A stretch of DNA of 64,000 nucleotides. Origin: Octopus vulgaris. Its lineage: Eukaryota. Below are positions 13,054 through 26,296 of this stretch, piece by piece. The DNA lies in contig OX597823.1 in the NCBI GenBank assembly GCA_951406725.2, positions 67,828,001 through 67,892,000 of the forward strand, given 5' to 3'. A program made the position numbers and the translations under genes. The notes below the pieces were generated by a model that saw nothing but the letters and a program-made list of their open reading frames with translations, did not search any database and was not told the origin of the DNA. How positions within the stretch are numbered: position 1 is the first letter of the stretch; every line of letters begins with the position of its first letter.

Positions 13054-14089
13054 CTGGAAAAACAAAGAAAAAATATAAAATAATTTTAATTCAAAAATTT
13101 CAAAAACTGAAATTTTAAAAATTTATCCAAATTTATAAAATATAGTAGTAATAAGAGATTAACTTTATAAAAATTATGATAATTATGTAGCAAACCTAAA
13201 ATATATTTCCAAACCACCCCACAAAAACAACAAAAAACTATCAAGCTTTAAGAAAGTGGTTGTTATTTGGTCCTAAGTTAGCTCTGTTTGAGCAAACAAA
13301 TAACCAAAGGTATTCCAGCACTGCTGGAAGGCACATGGCTCACTGGTTAAAACACCAGGGTTACAACTGAGAAGTTGTGAATTTGATTCAACTTTACCTT
13401 TCATCCTTTTGGGGGTCAATAAAATAAGTGCCAGTCATGCCCTGTGGTTGATGTAATCAACTTACCTGCCCCAAACTTGCTGGCTTTGTGCCAAAATTTG
13501 AAATTATTGTTGTTGTTGTTATTATTGTGTAATCCCATGAGAGAAGCTCAGTATTTTCAAATCTAAACTAATAATTTCTCACATGAATTTTTTTCCTTTT
13601 ATTTTAAATATTTTAAATATGTGTATGACTTGATCACATGAGAAAGTGTAATATATAAGTGTGCTTGGTAGTGCAGTGAAAGCATGTTATAAAAATAAGA
13701 CTATTGAATAATAATAATAATAATGGTTTTAAATTTTGGCACAAGGCCAGCAAGTTTAGGAGAGGGCCTAAGTCTTACATCAGCCCCAGTACTCAACTGC
13801 TAGTTATTTTATTGACCACAAAAAGACAAAAGGCAATGTCAACCTTGGTGGGATTTGAACACAGAATGTATAGATGGATGAAATGCTGCTAAGCATTTTG
13901 CCTGATGTGCTACTGATTTTGCTAAATTGCTGCCTTTTTAATGATATAGTACTCTATTTTATCAATCCCACAGTGATAAAAGGCAAAATTGCCTTTGGCA
14001 GAATTTTAACTCAGAGTGTCAAGATCTGCGAGAAATATCACAAAGCATTTTGTCCACTTCATAATGATTTTGCAAATCCAATCCTCATA

Positions 14090-14121
<32 letters not shown>

Positions 14122-16787
14122 TATTGTTATAATCACTAAAGCAGCAAGCTGGCAAAATTATTAGCATGCTTAGCAGCATTTTGTCTGTCTTTAAATCTTG
14201 AGTTCAAATACCACAATACTTTCATACTTTCAGGGTTGATGAAATAAGTACCAGCTGAGCTCTGGGGTCAAGGTAATCAACTAACACCCTCCTTCAAAAT
14301 TTCAGGCCTTGTGCCTATAACAGAAATGATATTTAAGAAATATATTTTTTCATCTTTTCCTTAATATCTAATTATATTGTACCAAAAATGTAATTTCATA
14401 AATATCTAATTCTAGGAAAAAACTGAAATTTGGTGGGAGGAGGCTAGTCATTTTCATCAACCCCAGTGCTCAACTGGTACTTATTTTATCAACCCCTTAA
14501 AGAATGAAAGGCAAAGTTGACTTTGGTGGCATTTGAACTCAAAATGTAAAGCCAGAAGAGATTCTGCTGAGCATTTTGTCTGGCAACTAACGAGTCTACT
14601 ACCTTACTGCCTTCTTAGAGTTGATGACGCTGATAATAATAATAATAATAATGAACTCTCCTGTCAAAGACGATGTATGAGTGTTCAGCTTTTGCTAAAC
14701 GATCTGCACAAATGATTTGTTTATAGTGATCAAATGTTCCATGCTGTACATTAGCTCACTTCCTCCATCAAATGAGTGTTGCCTGAAAAGGTGCATGGAG
14801 TAGCACAGGTCAGGTGTTGAGGTAACTGCAGAGAAATGTGAGATGAAGTGTTTTGCTCAAGAACACATTGCACCACCCGGTCTAGGAATAAAAATGGTGA
14901 TCTCATGGTCATGTGAGCAACACCCTAACTACTAGGCCATGTGTACTTTCAAATAATAGTTGTTGTTGTTTATTATTACTGGAAAAAGTCTCAGAAATAA
15001 CAAGCTAGTCCTAGGCTAATAAAACAGAAAATGGCATCAACATGAATTGGAGAACAAGTGTTAAAAATGCCAAAGCCTGTATTCTTTATGGTTTTCTTTT
15101 TCTTTTCCAAACAGATTCCTAAACCCCTTTAGAAAAGGTTGGATAATTCTTGAAGCTTTGACATAAGTTTATGTTGAAGTTTGTTTTAAACCAGAAAGTC
15201 TTCTTTTTGATGTCAACTACTCAAAAAAAGAAGTGAATCAGAGCAAAGTAATTTACCTTGCCAAAAGGAGAGAGAAAATGTTTATAGTAAGATTGGAAAT
15301 CTATTTTATTTATTTATTTATTTTATATTGCAATTGGTGACAGAGAATGTTGTTGGTAATAGATTTCCAGCAGGCCAATCACTAGTTTTCCGCATTTCTG
15401 ACAACCAAAGTGACAAAGAAGTGTCTGCAATTGACACTGAACAAATATCACAATCAAGTTTGTTCAAAAAACAGATTTTGTGTGTGTGTACATGTGTGTG
15501 TATAGGTTTTACTTTGCACATGTTTACATCTTTGCAGACATATATCAGGAAAGCTATACACAAAAACAGATATCTATGTGTAAGTATGTGAGTGTGTGTA
15601 TAGATAGATAAATAGATAGATATATGTTCATAATATATGGATGTGTATTCATCATCATTTTAATGTCTACTTTTGTAATTCTTGTGGGGGTCTGATGAAA
15701 ATTCTTTGAGGTAGACTTTCTATCTGTCTATGGACAGATTCTCTTCCTCGCTAACTCTCACTTTTTTCCCCCAAGGTAGTATTTTTTTCTCTTGTTCAAA
15801 CATGTTTCCGTTGAAGATTGCAGGCAATTGAAACTGCTTGTGTGATGATGACATTTACAATTAACATGAAATGTCGAAACATGGAGACACAAATACGCAC
15901 ATGCACACATGCGCACACACGCATGCACACACACAAAGATATGAAGAGATTGTTTCCGGTTTACATCTGCCAAATTCATTCACAAGGTTTTGGTTGGTAT
16001 GGGGGCTATAGCAGAAGACACTCACCCAAAATGGCACACAGTGGAATTCATCCCCAAACCACATAATTGTGGAATGAACTTCTTAACTACACAGATATTA
16101 TGGTGCTCTCTCTCTTTTCCTCTCTCTCTCTCACTCATCATCATTGTTTAGCATCCGTTTTTCCATGCTGGTATGGGTTAGACAGTTTCAATGGAAATTG
16201 TAAGCCAGGAGACACCAGGCTACTGGCTGTTTTGGATTGCTATGGCTGGATGACCTTCCTAACACCAGCCGCTCCATAGAATGTACTGGGTGTCTTTTTA
16301 CATGTCACCAGCATAGGTACATTTTACATACACAGACACAGGCACACACACACACACACATAACACATAATAGAATAGGGATTCGAAATCTGGGCAGGTA
16401 CCTTATGAAGACTCTGATACAATCCAGATCTGACTAACCATGTGGAATGATAGGAGTATTCAGAATCATTAAGATATGCAATGCAATTAAAGTGTACTTC
16501 ATTCGATAGGTAAATCCTGAGTTCATTGGGTAACAGAGTTTGTTTCACCCACCTGTATGGCTAACACCTCAATTAAAGCTGTATGGTTTGTCACTATTTA
16601 GATGAATGTGTTTCACAACTGTTTTAATATAAGTCAATTAAATGTGCATAACTGCTGCATGAAAGAACACTAGGATACTTATCCAGCAGAAACACATGTT
16701 GGAATGGAATACAAAGAAAATATTTTCAATAAATAAATTTTAAAAATGTATAATTCTCCATTCTTTATAATGATGTATGTTTATATA

Positions 16788-17546
16788 TTGGGTCATCCCA
16801 TAAATAATGCGGATTTTTTTATACTTCTTTCGTTTATCAAAATTAAGATAAACAAAGTTCTTTTAATCTAAAATATACTCTCCTTCATTTTCTACAATGC
16901 TCTTCCATCTATCTGGTAGACTTACAAGGCCCCTCTTCCAAAATTCCCTTGTCTGTGATGAAAAATACTCCTCCAGTACTATTCTGAACTTGTCTACAGA
17001 ATTCATATTTTTTCAATCCAAATGATTTTGAAGTCTGTGAAATAAATGATAATGAGGTGGGGCAATGTCTGGTGAATACGGTGGGTGGGGCATTGTTTCC
17101 CATTAAAACTGCTTCAAGCTTTGGAATATCTTCCTTGCCGTACATGACCAAGCATTATCCTGATGGAAGAAAACTCTTCGTCTTGAAACCAAAGATGGTA
17201 ATTTTTCTTCCAGCACAGGTGTTGATGAATGATTGAATGACCAAATCCAAGCTTCTCTCCTAGTTCCTCAAAAGTTCCAATAGGATTTTGTTCTACCAGG
17301 CTTTGCCATTATTGAACTCATAAAGCAAAATATATACTGAATATGCTCCTTTGTCACTTCAATTATAGCTTTGAAAAAATAATGGTTAAAATCAAACTCC
17401 ACTCTTCAAAACTTGCACTAAGAATAAGGACAAGGTAAAATTACTACCTGCTTTTATAGCAAGTTGAAGTCAGTAGTTTACCCTGTCCCCCTCTGACTTT
17501 TAGTTCATGCAATTGAAAAAACTGCATTATTTATGGGATGACCCAA
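16788..17546 (-). mobile_element. Internally deleted mariner transposon
   Basis: TIRs ttgggtcatcccataaataatgc / gcattatttatgggatgacccaa with TA flanks. Minus-strand remnant FHQDNA...HPPYSPDIAP..YHLF...LPDRWKSIVENEGEY. Confidence 0.9.
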
Positions 17547-17569
17547 TATATATATATATATATATATAG

Positions 17570-17870
17570 TGAGGGCACATGGCATAGAGGCTAGGGTGTT
17601 GCTCTCATGATCATGAGATCACCGTTTCAGTTCCTGGACTTGGAAGAACATTGTGTTCTTGAGCAAAACACTTCATCTCACATTGCTTTGTGATCACTTT
17701 CATACCCGATATGTGGTACACTGTGCACATGATCAGGCAATGTCAATTTGATGGAAAGAGTGAGCTAATATAGAGCACATACACTTCATCACTATAAACA
17801 AATCATTTGTGCAGTTCATTCAGTAAGTAACTGAATACTCATATGTAGTCTTTGATGGGAGATTACGTAA
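17570..17870 (+). mobile_element. tRNA-derived SINE, family C
   Basis: gagggcacatggc...gttcctggac...ttgagcaaaacacttcatctcacattgct. Related copies at 14655-14945(-), 26755-26960(+), 34520-34835(-); 5' fragments at 7331 and 13326. Confidence 0.65.
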
Positions 17871-18104
17871 TAAATTTAAATGCACACACACACACGCAAA
17901 CACAAACACACACACACATATAATCAAATCAAATAAACAAACAATAAAATCAACAATAAGAAACACTAACAGGGTGTGCATAAGGAATGAATTAATTTGA
18001 TGTTCAGTAAAAAGAGTCTTTGATGCTTTGGGCATAGCTCTTCATTGGAAAGGAGAAAGGGAAAAATCCAAAGAAGGAAAAGAAATCACCAACAGCGCAT
18101 GTGA

Positions 18105-18240
18105 GTCGATTATATCGACCCCAGTGCGAAACTGTTACTTTATTTATCGACCCGGAAAGGATGAAAGGCAAAGTCGACCTCGGCGGAATTTGAACTCAGA
18201 ACAACGGCAAACGAAATACGGCTACGCATTTCAGCGCATG
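18105..18240 (-). mobile_element. SINE family B fragment, young (CpG-retaining)
   Basis: tcgacccggaaaggatgaaaggcaaagtcgacctcggcggaatttgaactcagaac with intact CpGs. Confidence 0.75.
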
Positions 18241-18894
18241 TGTATAAACATTGCTGAAGTGATATATGTATGTATGTTTATATACACGCACACACACACA
18301 CACGTGCACGCATGCATAGACATACATATATGTATGTCTATATACATGTTTGTATGTGTGTGCATGGTGTGTATTTATATAAGTCAATTCTATGCTATGG
18401 TAGGAGACACTTGCCCAAGATATCACAGTGTAGGATTGAATCGAGAATATGTGACTGCAGGAACCACAAAGTGTAAAGCTGATAATCTAGTCTCCTTCAG
18501 AAGCATCAAGGATGAGCCTCAAAAGTACCATCTGCTGGGCTAAATTGTTTAATTGCTTGATGCTTAATAACCAGACATATCAGTTAACTACTAGTGGTCA
18601 GTTTCTAGTTACTTTGCAGAATAGGGAGAATAGGACATGTAACATCTTTGCTATGTTGTTCACAACATAATAAACAGATATGGTAAATAGTTGTAGTAGT
18701 AGTAGAAATAATAATAATAATAATTCTTTCCACTGGAAGCACAAGGCCTTAAATTTGGGGGAAGGGATTAAGTCAATTACATCAACCCCAGTGTGTAACT
18801 GGTACTTAAATTATTGATCCTGAAAGGATGAAAGGCAAACTCCTTCACCAAACATCGACTGCACCTAAGAATTTATTATTATTATTATTATTAT

Positions 18895-19501
18895 TGAGTG
18901 AGAGAGCAGTGCATACCATCAAAGTGACACTGGGGTTCAAATATACGAAGCCCAACATACCCATCATAACTACCTGTCTGATAAGGGTACACTGATGCAG
19001 TACCAGGCAGTGGCTCTCATGGCTTCTGATCTTAACTGATTGGAAGTGTTATCATGTATATGATTTGTCTTGGTGTAAAAGATGGGCTACAGCAAATATT
19101 CCGCTCAATACCACAGATTTGCTTGTTGCTTGACCTTAACCAGTTGATGATCATAAGAAGTAGTGGGGTAGCAACAAAGCCATATGCTGTGAGGAATTCT
19201 TTGGGGTTTGAATAATTCACCTCTGGAAATATAGGTATTTCATTCAACATCCTTAAACAAATCATATTCAGAGGCCTTTTGAGTGGGATGGGCTACTTGA
19301 CTTGAAGAAAATTCTAACTGGGCCCCACCTACAAGGTCATGCACTATCTATCTTGATATGAGATCACCATGTCACGAACATATAGTTGTGATGCATGTTC
19401 CTGGTGTACCCTTATCAGACGGATAGTCATGATGGGTATGTTGGGCTTCGTATATTTGTACACCAGTGTCACTTTGATGGTGTGCACTGCTCTCTCACTC
19501 A
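18895..19501. mobile_element. Non-autonomous DNA element (MITE) with ~98-bp TIRs
   Basis: 18895-18992 (tgagtgagagagcagtgca...ataagggtacac) is the reverse complement of 19404-19501; flanked by (TTA)n and (TAA)n. Confidence 0.85.
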
Positions 19502-20972
19502 GTAATAATAATAGTAATAATAAATTCTTAGGTGCACGCGCTGATGTTTGGTGAAGGAGTTTGCTTCACAATCATGTGTTTTTGGGTTCAGTTCCACTGT
19601 GTAGTACCCTGGGCAAGTGTTTGTTATTATTCCCTCAGTTCAACCAATGTCTTGTGAGTGAATCTCGTAAAACAAAACTGTACAAAGCTTGTTGTATTTA
19701 TGTGTTTGTGTGTGTGCATGCGCGCATGTTAGAATGTTTACATTATGAGTTTGTATCAGCTATGGTTGGAATTCTTGTAATTTCTTTGCCAATAAATCAT
19801 CTAATAGCTTTGCTTCAAAAACAGCTAGCTAAGGGCAGAAAAATGGATGTACAAACAAATGACAGAATCAATATATATGTATGTGTGAGTGCATGTGTGT
19901 CTGTATGTGTGTGTATATATATATATAGATAGATAGCTATGTTTGTAAATCATATTTGTAATATCTTATGAATGGGAAATGCAACAACTAAAGCATGAAG
20001 TTTATTCAGTAAATAGTGATTTTTGTTAATATTACACTAAAAGGCATCAGTGTTTTTGCATTTGCCTATTTATGCATACCTGTGCTTGTGTGTGAATGTA
20101 TACATATGTTTAAATAAATTAATCTAGCCTTAATTTTATAATACTGTAGAGATTTCAAACCGTAAGATTCTGTGTGAGATGTCTTCAGAACAAAAGACTT
20201 CCTCCAACGTTGTAAATGTCAAAGAATAAACTTAAAAGTAACATTAATAACTTGTCAAACAGAAAACTACATCTATTTCCTACCCAGCTTCTTTTATTGA
20301 GCTAACTACTATCTTACAAACATTCTCATTCTTTATCATTTCTTGCAAAGCAGCGACTACAATCAAATTTACAAAATGTTAGACTAGTAAAAGATTACAT
20401 TGTGTGTATGTTTGACATTTTAAAATCCCACAAATGCTTTTTTTTCTTTTTTGTTTATTCATTTTCCTATATTTAAAAATATCATTTATTTATTTAACTT
20501 TATTTTTTTTATATTTTTAAGTTTATTTACTCAGTAATCGAGTCTGGTTAGTTTCATAGTGTGAAATCCTAAACAGATTTGAAATCACAGTGTAAAAATA
20601 ACGATAAATAAAATATATAAAATAATAAGAAAAACATTAAATTAAATATAATTCCAATGTTTGTTTCCTCTTATATTTCACATTCATTTGCTTTCGAAAT
20701 TCAGAAACATAAATAAAAGCATGCACACAAAAAGAAAAAGAAAAACAATAATAACAAAAAGACAAAGAGAAACAAAAACAAACATCAGTACAACATGAAA
20801 TAAAACTATTTAGAAAAAACGAAAATTAATAACATAAACACAATTTTAAAAAACTTCTCAAATTAATAACTTTTTTTCCCCAGTTTCTGTTCGTGAAAGT
20901 CAATACTTAAAGTTATGTCAAGTGTTCTTTTAAATATTTTTATAATTCATTGAAAATAAAATTAATTCTTAC

Positions 20973-21110
20973 TGAAAATGGTTGAGGGAGATCATTTACT
21001 GTATGTCTAGCATTTTTTTCAAACCTCGTGGCTTTTAGTATTTCAAAAGATGGTGGTGCTACAAATATCACATATGGTTTGATGTCTGCTGTTCGTAAAA
21101 ATTTAAGAGC
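20973..21110 (-). CDS. MPP7: MPP7-like exon (GK domain)
   Basis: tttctttcag|GCT...TCA|gtaaga; 138 nt, phase 0/0; ALKFLRTADIKPYVIFVAPPSFEILKATR...PFS. Confidence 0.93.
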
Positions 21111-21599
21111 CTGAAAGAAAAATAACAGTAAAAGGTAAAAATGGAAGAGCAAAATATATAAAATAAAATTAAAATGGTAACCATTCCTAAGGATATTAGT
21201 ATTTGATTATCTGTTAGTTTTATATTGCAGATCAATTAATTAATCTAGCAACTGAGGTTGGATTGTTAAAGTCAGCTTATAATAATGATTTCTCACATTG
21301 ACAAAAATGCTTATACATTTGAAGAGAAGGGTTTGGCCTTAGAATATGTCTAGTATTTGTAGATCCAAGAAAGAAAAGCAAGGTTGACTTAGGTTGGATC
21401 CAAACTTGTGATGGATAGGGACACAGTTAAATATGGCAAATTATGTTTCTTCCTTGATTTTTAGATTTTAAACAACTCTGGAGGAAGATTTTGTCAACCA
21501 ATTGCTTGGATGATCTTGAATGAATTTTTAAAATTCACTATGTTACATATATGAGTCCTTACCATATTTGTATTTAGCAGGCAGGTATGTAATAATCAC

Positions 21600-21920
21600 T
21601 TATGCCAGTGTTACATAAAATGCACCCATCTGGGTGGCATGCGAAAAGCACCCCATGCCAGTGTCATGTGAGGAGCACACATGTTAGTGCTACATAAAAT
21701 GCACCCATGCCAGCACCAGATATAAATCACCCATGCTGGTGCTTCGTAGAAAGCACCCAATACACTCTGTAGAGTGGTAGGCATTAGGAATGGCATCCAG
21801 CCATAGAAACTGTGTCAGAACATGACTGGAGCTTGAAGCAACACTCTGGCTTGCCAGCTCCTGTCAAGCCATCTAACCCATGCCAGCATGGCAAATGGAT
21901 GATAGATGATGATGATGATG
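21600..21920 (+). mobile_element. RTE-3'-end-related short element with tandem ~25-bp subunits and (GAT)n tail
   Basis: Repeated catgccagtg..acataaaatgcaccc units, then cattaggaatggcatccagcc...aacccatgccagcatgg...gatgatgat. The same end occurs at 5750, 16135, 27560, 31660, 33920, 34860, 52985 and at the 3' end of the LINE at 56865. Confidence 0.6.
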
Positions 21921-22147
21921 AACATTTCTCTGAAGGTATTGTAAATGCTGCAAGGCTTTTGTCTGTCCTACTCATAGCTAACATAATAAGTTATAATAAT
22001 GATTTTTAACAGGGGCACAAGGCATAGTCAAGCCATTCAACTCCAATGTATGACTGGTACTTATTTTATAAAACTCTCTCTCCCCAGATAAAAGACAAAT
22101 TTGACACTGGCTATTCCTTCTACACACATTGTTTTCTACTTTGATAG

Positions 22148-22372
22148 TAACTCTTTAGCATTCAGATTACTCTGTCAAATGTGATGCTTATTTATTCACA
22201 TTATTTTGAATTAATCATGCATTATCTTGTAATACCAAGATTTTGATGTAATTGCTTATGTTTAGAATGACATTGTAGGGTAGGTGTAAGAGGCTGATAT
22301 TTGTCAGTTTAAACATATGACACATCGAATATTTGTGCTAGATATGGTCAGTTTTAATGATAAATAGTTTAA
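22148..22372. mobile_element. piggyBac-type MITE (copy 1 of 4)
   Basis: Shares ttagcattcagattactctgtcaaatg...gaatgacattgtagggtagg with 51385-51593, 55521-55748 and 63617-63884. Confidence 0.6.
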
Positions 22373-22398
22373 CATAACAACAGGCGCATATCAGGAAT

Positions 22399-22578
22399 TA
22401 ACTCTTTATGGAAAATATAAGCAGCAATTTGAGACAGAAAATAGCAACAGACCCAATAAAGGGACTCTAACCATGTTTCTGTAAAAAAGGGAGAGATAGG
22501 AGGATCAAATCATCCTGTCAGTGATCTTGTTTCTATTTCTGTCTCAAATTAGTGTTATGTTGTCTAATAACAGAGTAA
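22399..22578. repeat. Intronic inverted repeat (~55-bp arms)
   Basis: taactctttatg...aatttgagacagaaaatagcaacag pairs with cttgtttctatttctgtctcaaatt...aacagagta. Confidence 0.75.
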
Positions 22579-22623
22579 CATTTAGCTTTAGAGAATAGTT
22601 AAATCTTAAAAATCTTGTTTTAC

Positions 22624-22732
22624 CTGTGTATGCGGTGTTAAGACACACACTTTTCCTGAGTTGATCACACATTTTATGGAATCAATGCTTGAGCCATATA
22701 AATTTCCTTTATACTCTCCATACTCAACAAAT
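22624..22732 (-). CDS. MPP7: MPP7-like exon (GK domain), not in the ORF track
   Basis: tttcttttcaaag|A TTT...CAG|gtaaaa; 109 nt, phase 2/0; (R)[36 protein letters not shown]. Confidence 0.92.
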
Positions 22733-23624
22733 CTTTGAAAAGAAACCAAAAAGAAGGCATATAGATATAAAACAAAATAGAGAGAAAGGGGTGGGGAGAT
22801 GGGAGAGACAGAGGAAGAAAAGAAGGAGGGGTGAGAGACTTTGAAAAATCAGAATAATTATACAAGTATTGAAAGGGGAGTGGGAAAAAACATAAATAGA
22901 ACTGATTCAAATGCTTATTGTTATCATATTGTAATGAATGTAAACACAATTGATTATAAGTAAAAAGATAAGGAAATCCATCACAATGCTGAATAAAGAG
23001 AAAAATAAATTTATTCAGTTTTTGCTTTAATAATTTTTAATTGGGAAATGATAGATTCAAAATCTGAAATATCGATGAAATTTATATCTATTTAGCATCG
23101 AAGTGACTTTCATCACTCTTCTTTGTACAACAATACTTCTTTTAATAACAATACTTCAAATGAGCTACAAGTTCTTACTAATAACTAAATCTGTGTGTTT
23201 TTTTTTTTTTTTTTTTTAAATAAACCTATATAGCTATCAACAATGTTGAGCTTACACTGTTTGAAAGGAAATTTTTTTTTTAAATCAGAAATTCAACTTT
23301 AATCTCAAGGCATTTAACTTATTTAAATCAACAATTTTTTTTTCTTCTTTATTTATATATGTAAATATAGAAGTACTGCGTCAATAATGGACAACCAGAA
23401 TAAATTTGATCAAATACTGATTAGCACTGGTTTCCATGCCAAATTCTGTGCTTCAACATTAAAGTCTAGAACAAATCTCATTCACAAGATGCCCTGTGTG
23501 GGTGTGTGTATAAACAGACACATGCATATTTATTTGTATATAGATGTGTGTGTGTGTACATATATATATATCTATTTAGCATTGAAGTATTAAAGATATA
23601 TATATATATATATATATATAAATT

Positions 23625-24012
23625 TTCTGCTTTACTTATTTAAAGTCATTGGACTACAGCCATGGTGGGGCAGCACCATGAATAATTTTACTCTAACAAA
23701 TTGACCCCAGTACTTATTTTTAAAGCTTGGTACTTATTTCTATTGGTCTCTTTTACCCAACTGCTAGGTTACAAGGGAGGAAAACAAACCAACCCTGGTT
23801 GTCAAGAGGTGGTAGGAGACAAACACAACCACAAAGACACACATACAGCTATATGTACATACATATAAAAACATGGCAGGCTTCTTTCAGTTTCTTTCTA
23901 CTAAATCCACCCACAAGGGTGATAGTAGAAGACACTTGTCCATGCATAGGGACTGAACCTAGAATTATTTAGTTGGGAAACAAAATTTTTTACTACACAG
24001 CCATGCCTGTGC
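23625..24012 (-). mobile_element. SINE family A, decayed
   Basis: Reverse complement of the family A layout. Confidence 0.7.
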
Positions 24013-24272
24013 TTATGCACATCTATGTATGTGTGAGTATGAGTATGCTTATATCACCTTGTCTTGACATTGCAGGATAGATGTAAATGGGTGTCATTGT
24101 CATACAAGCAGTGTGGTGAATTTCCAATATTGTGTGAAAGCATATTAGGTCACGGAGAGATATTACCTAATAACAGATGAAGGTCGGCAACAAGAAGGAC
24201 CTCCAGCAAATAGACATTAAAATAATAATGAAGTGAGACCAAAAAATATAAAATAGCCTGAAAACATTCTCA

Positions 24273-24321
<49 letters not shown>

Positions 24322-24325
24322 TATT

Positions 24326-24708
24326 CTTTTACTTGTTTCAGTCATTTTGAATGTGGCCATGCTGAAGCACCACCTTTAGTGGAGCAAATCGACCCCCAGG
24401 ACTCATTCTTTGTAAGCCTAGTACTTATTCTATCAGTCTCTTTTGCTGAACCACTAAGTTATGGGGATGTAAACACACCAGCATTGGTTGTCGAGCGATG
24501 TTGGGGGGACACAGACACACACATACATACATATATATATATACATGACAGGCTTCTTTCAGTTTCCGTCTACCAAATCCATTCACAAGGCTTTGGTCAA
24601 TCTGAGGCTATAGTAGGAGTCACTTGCACAAGGTGTCACACAGTGGGATTGAACCCAGAACCATGTGGTTGTTAAGCAAGCTACTTACCACACAGTCACT
24701 CCTGCGCC
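24326..24708 (-). mobile_element. SINE family A, full length
   Basis: Reverse complement of 26297-26692 along its whole length. Confidence 0.85.
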
Positions 24709-25675
24709 TATATATATAAAATAAATAAACAATATAATATATATATATATATATATATGTATGTATATGTACATGATTATATGGGTACAGGATGTCACCA
24801 ACAGTGCAAATAACATGAAATACCTAAACAAACGAGTTAGGTACATAGCCAATGAGAAAAAAATGGAAAACAGGACAGTTAACCCAGAGAAAGGACCCTT
24901 CATCAGCTGTCTATCTACTCCTCATTTGAGCATTCAATGACAAAATGAGTCTTCAGAGACAGTTGCTGCCATAAATTCTAAAATGGAATTTAGGGTTTAT
25001 GGAGGGTCAGAGTTGGGAACAAAAACATGACAGTGGAGATATACAAGGAAACTAAATGAAAACAAACATGGAGGGCCGTTAGACCAGAATGAGAGGACAA
25101 TTGTGAAAGTTTGGAGAAACATTTTTTTGAAAATAGAAAAAACATGTCTACTCTTTTGAACATCTGTGCAGGAAAAGAAAGGTGTCATCAACAGTCTTTC
25201 ACTCCCACACTGATTAACAAACCCCAACCCCACCTCAAACACACCCAAATCCCATATATAGAATCACAAAGCCCCAAATCCTCAGATCTGTTGACAACAA
25301 ATGAAAGTTCTCCAAAAAAGTTAGCAAGGAATTTTTTAAAGAAATCTCCCCACCCAAGTTAACAAAGAACTTACTAGATCTATGAACTAAAGTGCAAAAT
25401 TTATATTATAACTTCCAATGAAATCATTCTTTTTCTTTTTTCAAATACACACAAATACACACACACACACAGATATATATGGTAGGTTAGTAGGGGTAAG
25501 ATAATCCAAGTATTCCTACCTTAGGAAGCACTCATGTTGTGAACAATCACTATGGAATTGTTGAAACAATTGTCAAGCATGAAATAAAAATATCACAGAC
25601 AACAATCTTCAATTTTTATTTTATTTTATTTTATTTCATACATACATACATACATTTAAATAGTTAGATTTACAG

Positions 25676-26160
25676 AAGGATGAGAAAATAGAAATGTGTA
25701 GCTTAGAGAACAACTGCAAATTTCTGCAGGATAGCCTACAAAGGGCTTCAGACAAAATTTGTGGCTGGTGCATAATTGCAGCCAGAACTAGGATAACATG
25801 GTGATGGAACAGTGAAGTAGACACTGCCAAAAGGGCAAAGAAACAGGCATGGAAGGACTGCATGAGTGGGGATAGTAGACAACTATACCAGGAAGCTAGA
25901 AGACAAGGAAACAGACAGGCATATTTAGCCACATGTGAAGCAGAAAAGAAGAAGTTTGCCTATTTTCAGCAGCAATAAGTCGAGAGGTATGAGGTGTTCT
26001 GGATTGCAAGACAATATGTTGGAGAAAATCATGATAATGTAGGAAAGAAGTGTGTTCAAATGGAGGATAGTACACTTGCACTTAATGAGAGGCATGGAAA
26101 TACAAAATTGAAAGACTGCTAAATGTGGAGAATGCATGGGAAAAGAAAACTCTTCCTTAG
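25676..26160 (+). mobile_element. RTE-type LINE fragment (EN-RT linker)
   Basis: Translates ...TW*WNSEVDTAKRAKKQAWKD...YQEARR..., a typical LINE linker; multiple stops. Confidence 0.6.
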
Positions 26161-26296
26161 ACCTCCCCCATCTCCCCATCCAAATTTATCACTCATTTTA
26201 TTCCCCTTCCATCTCTCTTCCACTTACCCTTTGTACCCTCATACACCTACCTGGATACAATGTGATTATGTTGAATCTATTCCCTACAATACTATA

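Larger units (their letters stand above)
10942..13659 (+). repeat. ~275-bp direct duplication (10942-11217 and 13388-13659) bracketing the terminal exon
   Basis: The SINE-B 3' half plus about 120 bp of flank (aatcccatgagagaag...gaaagtgtaatatataag) is present at both sites. Confidence 0.9.
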
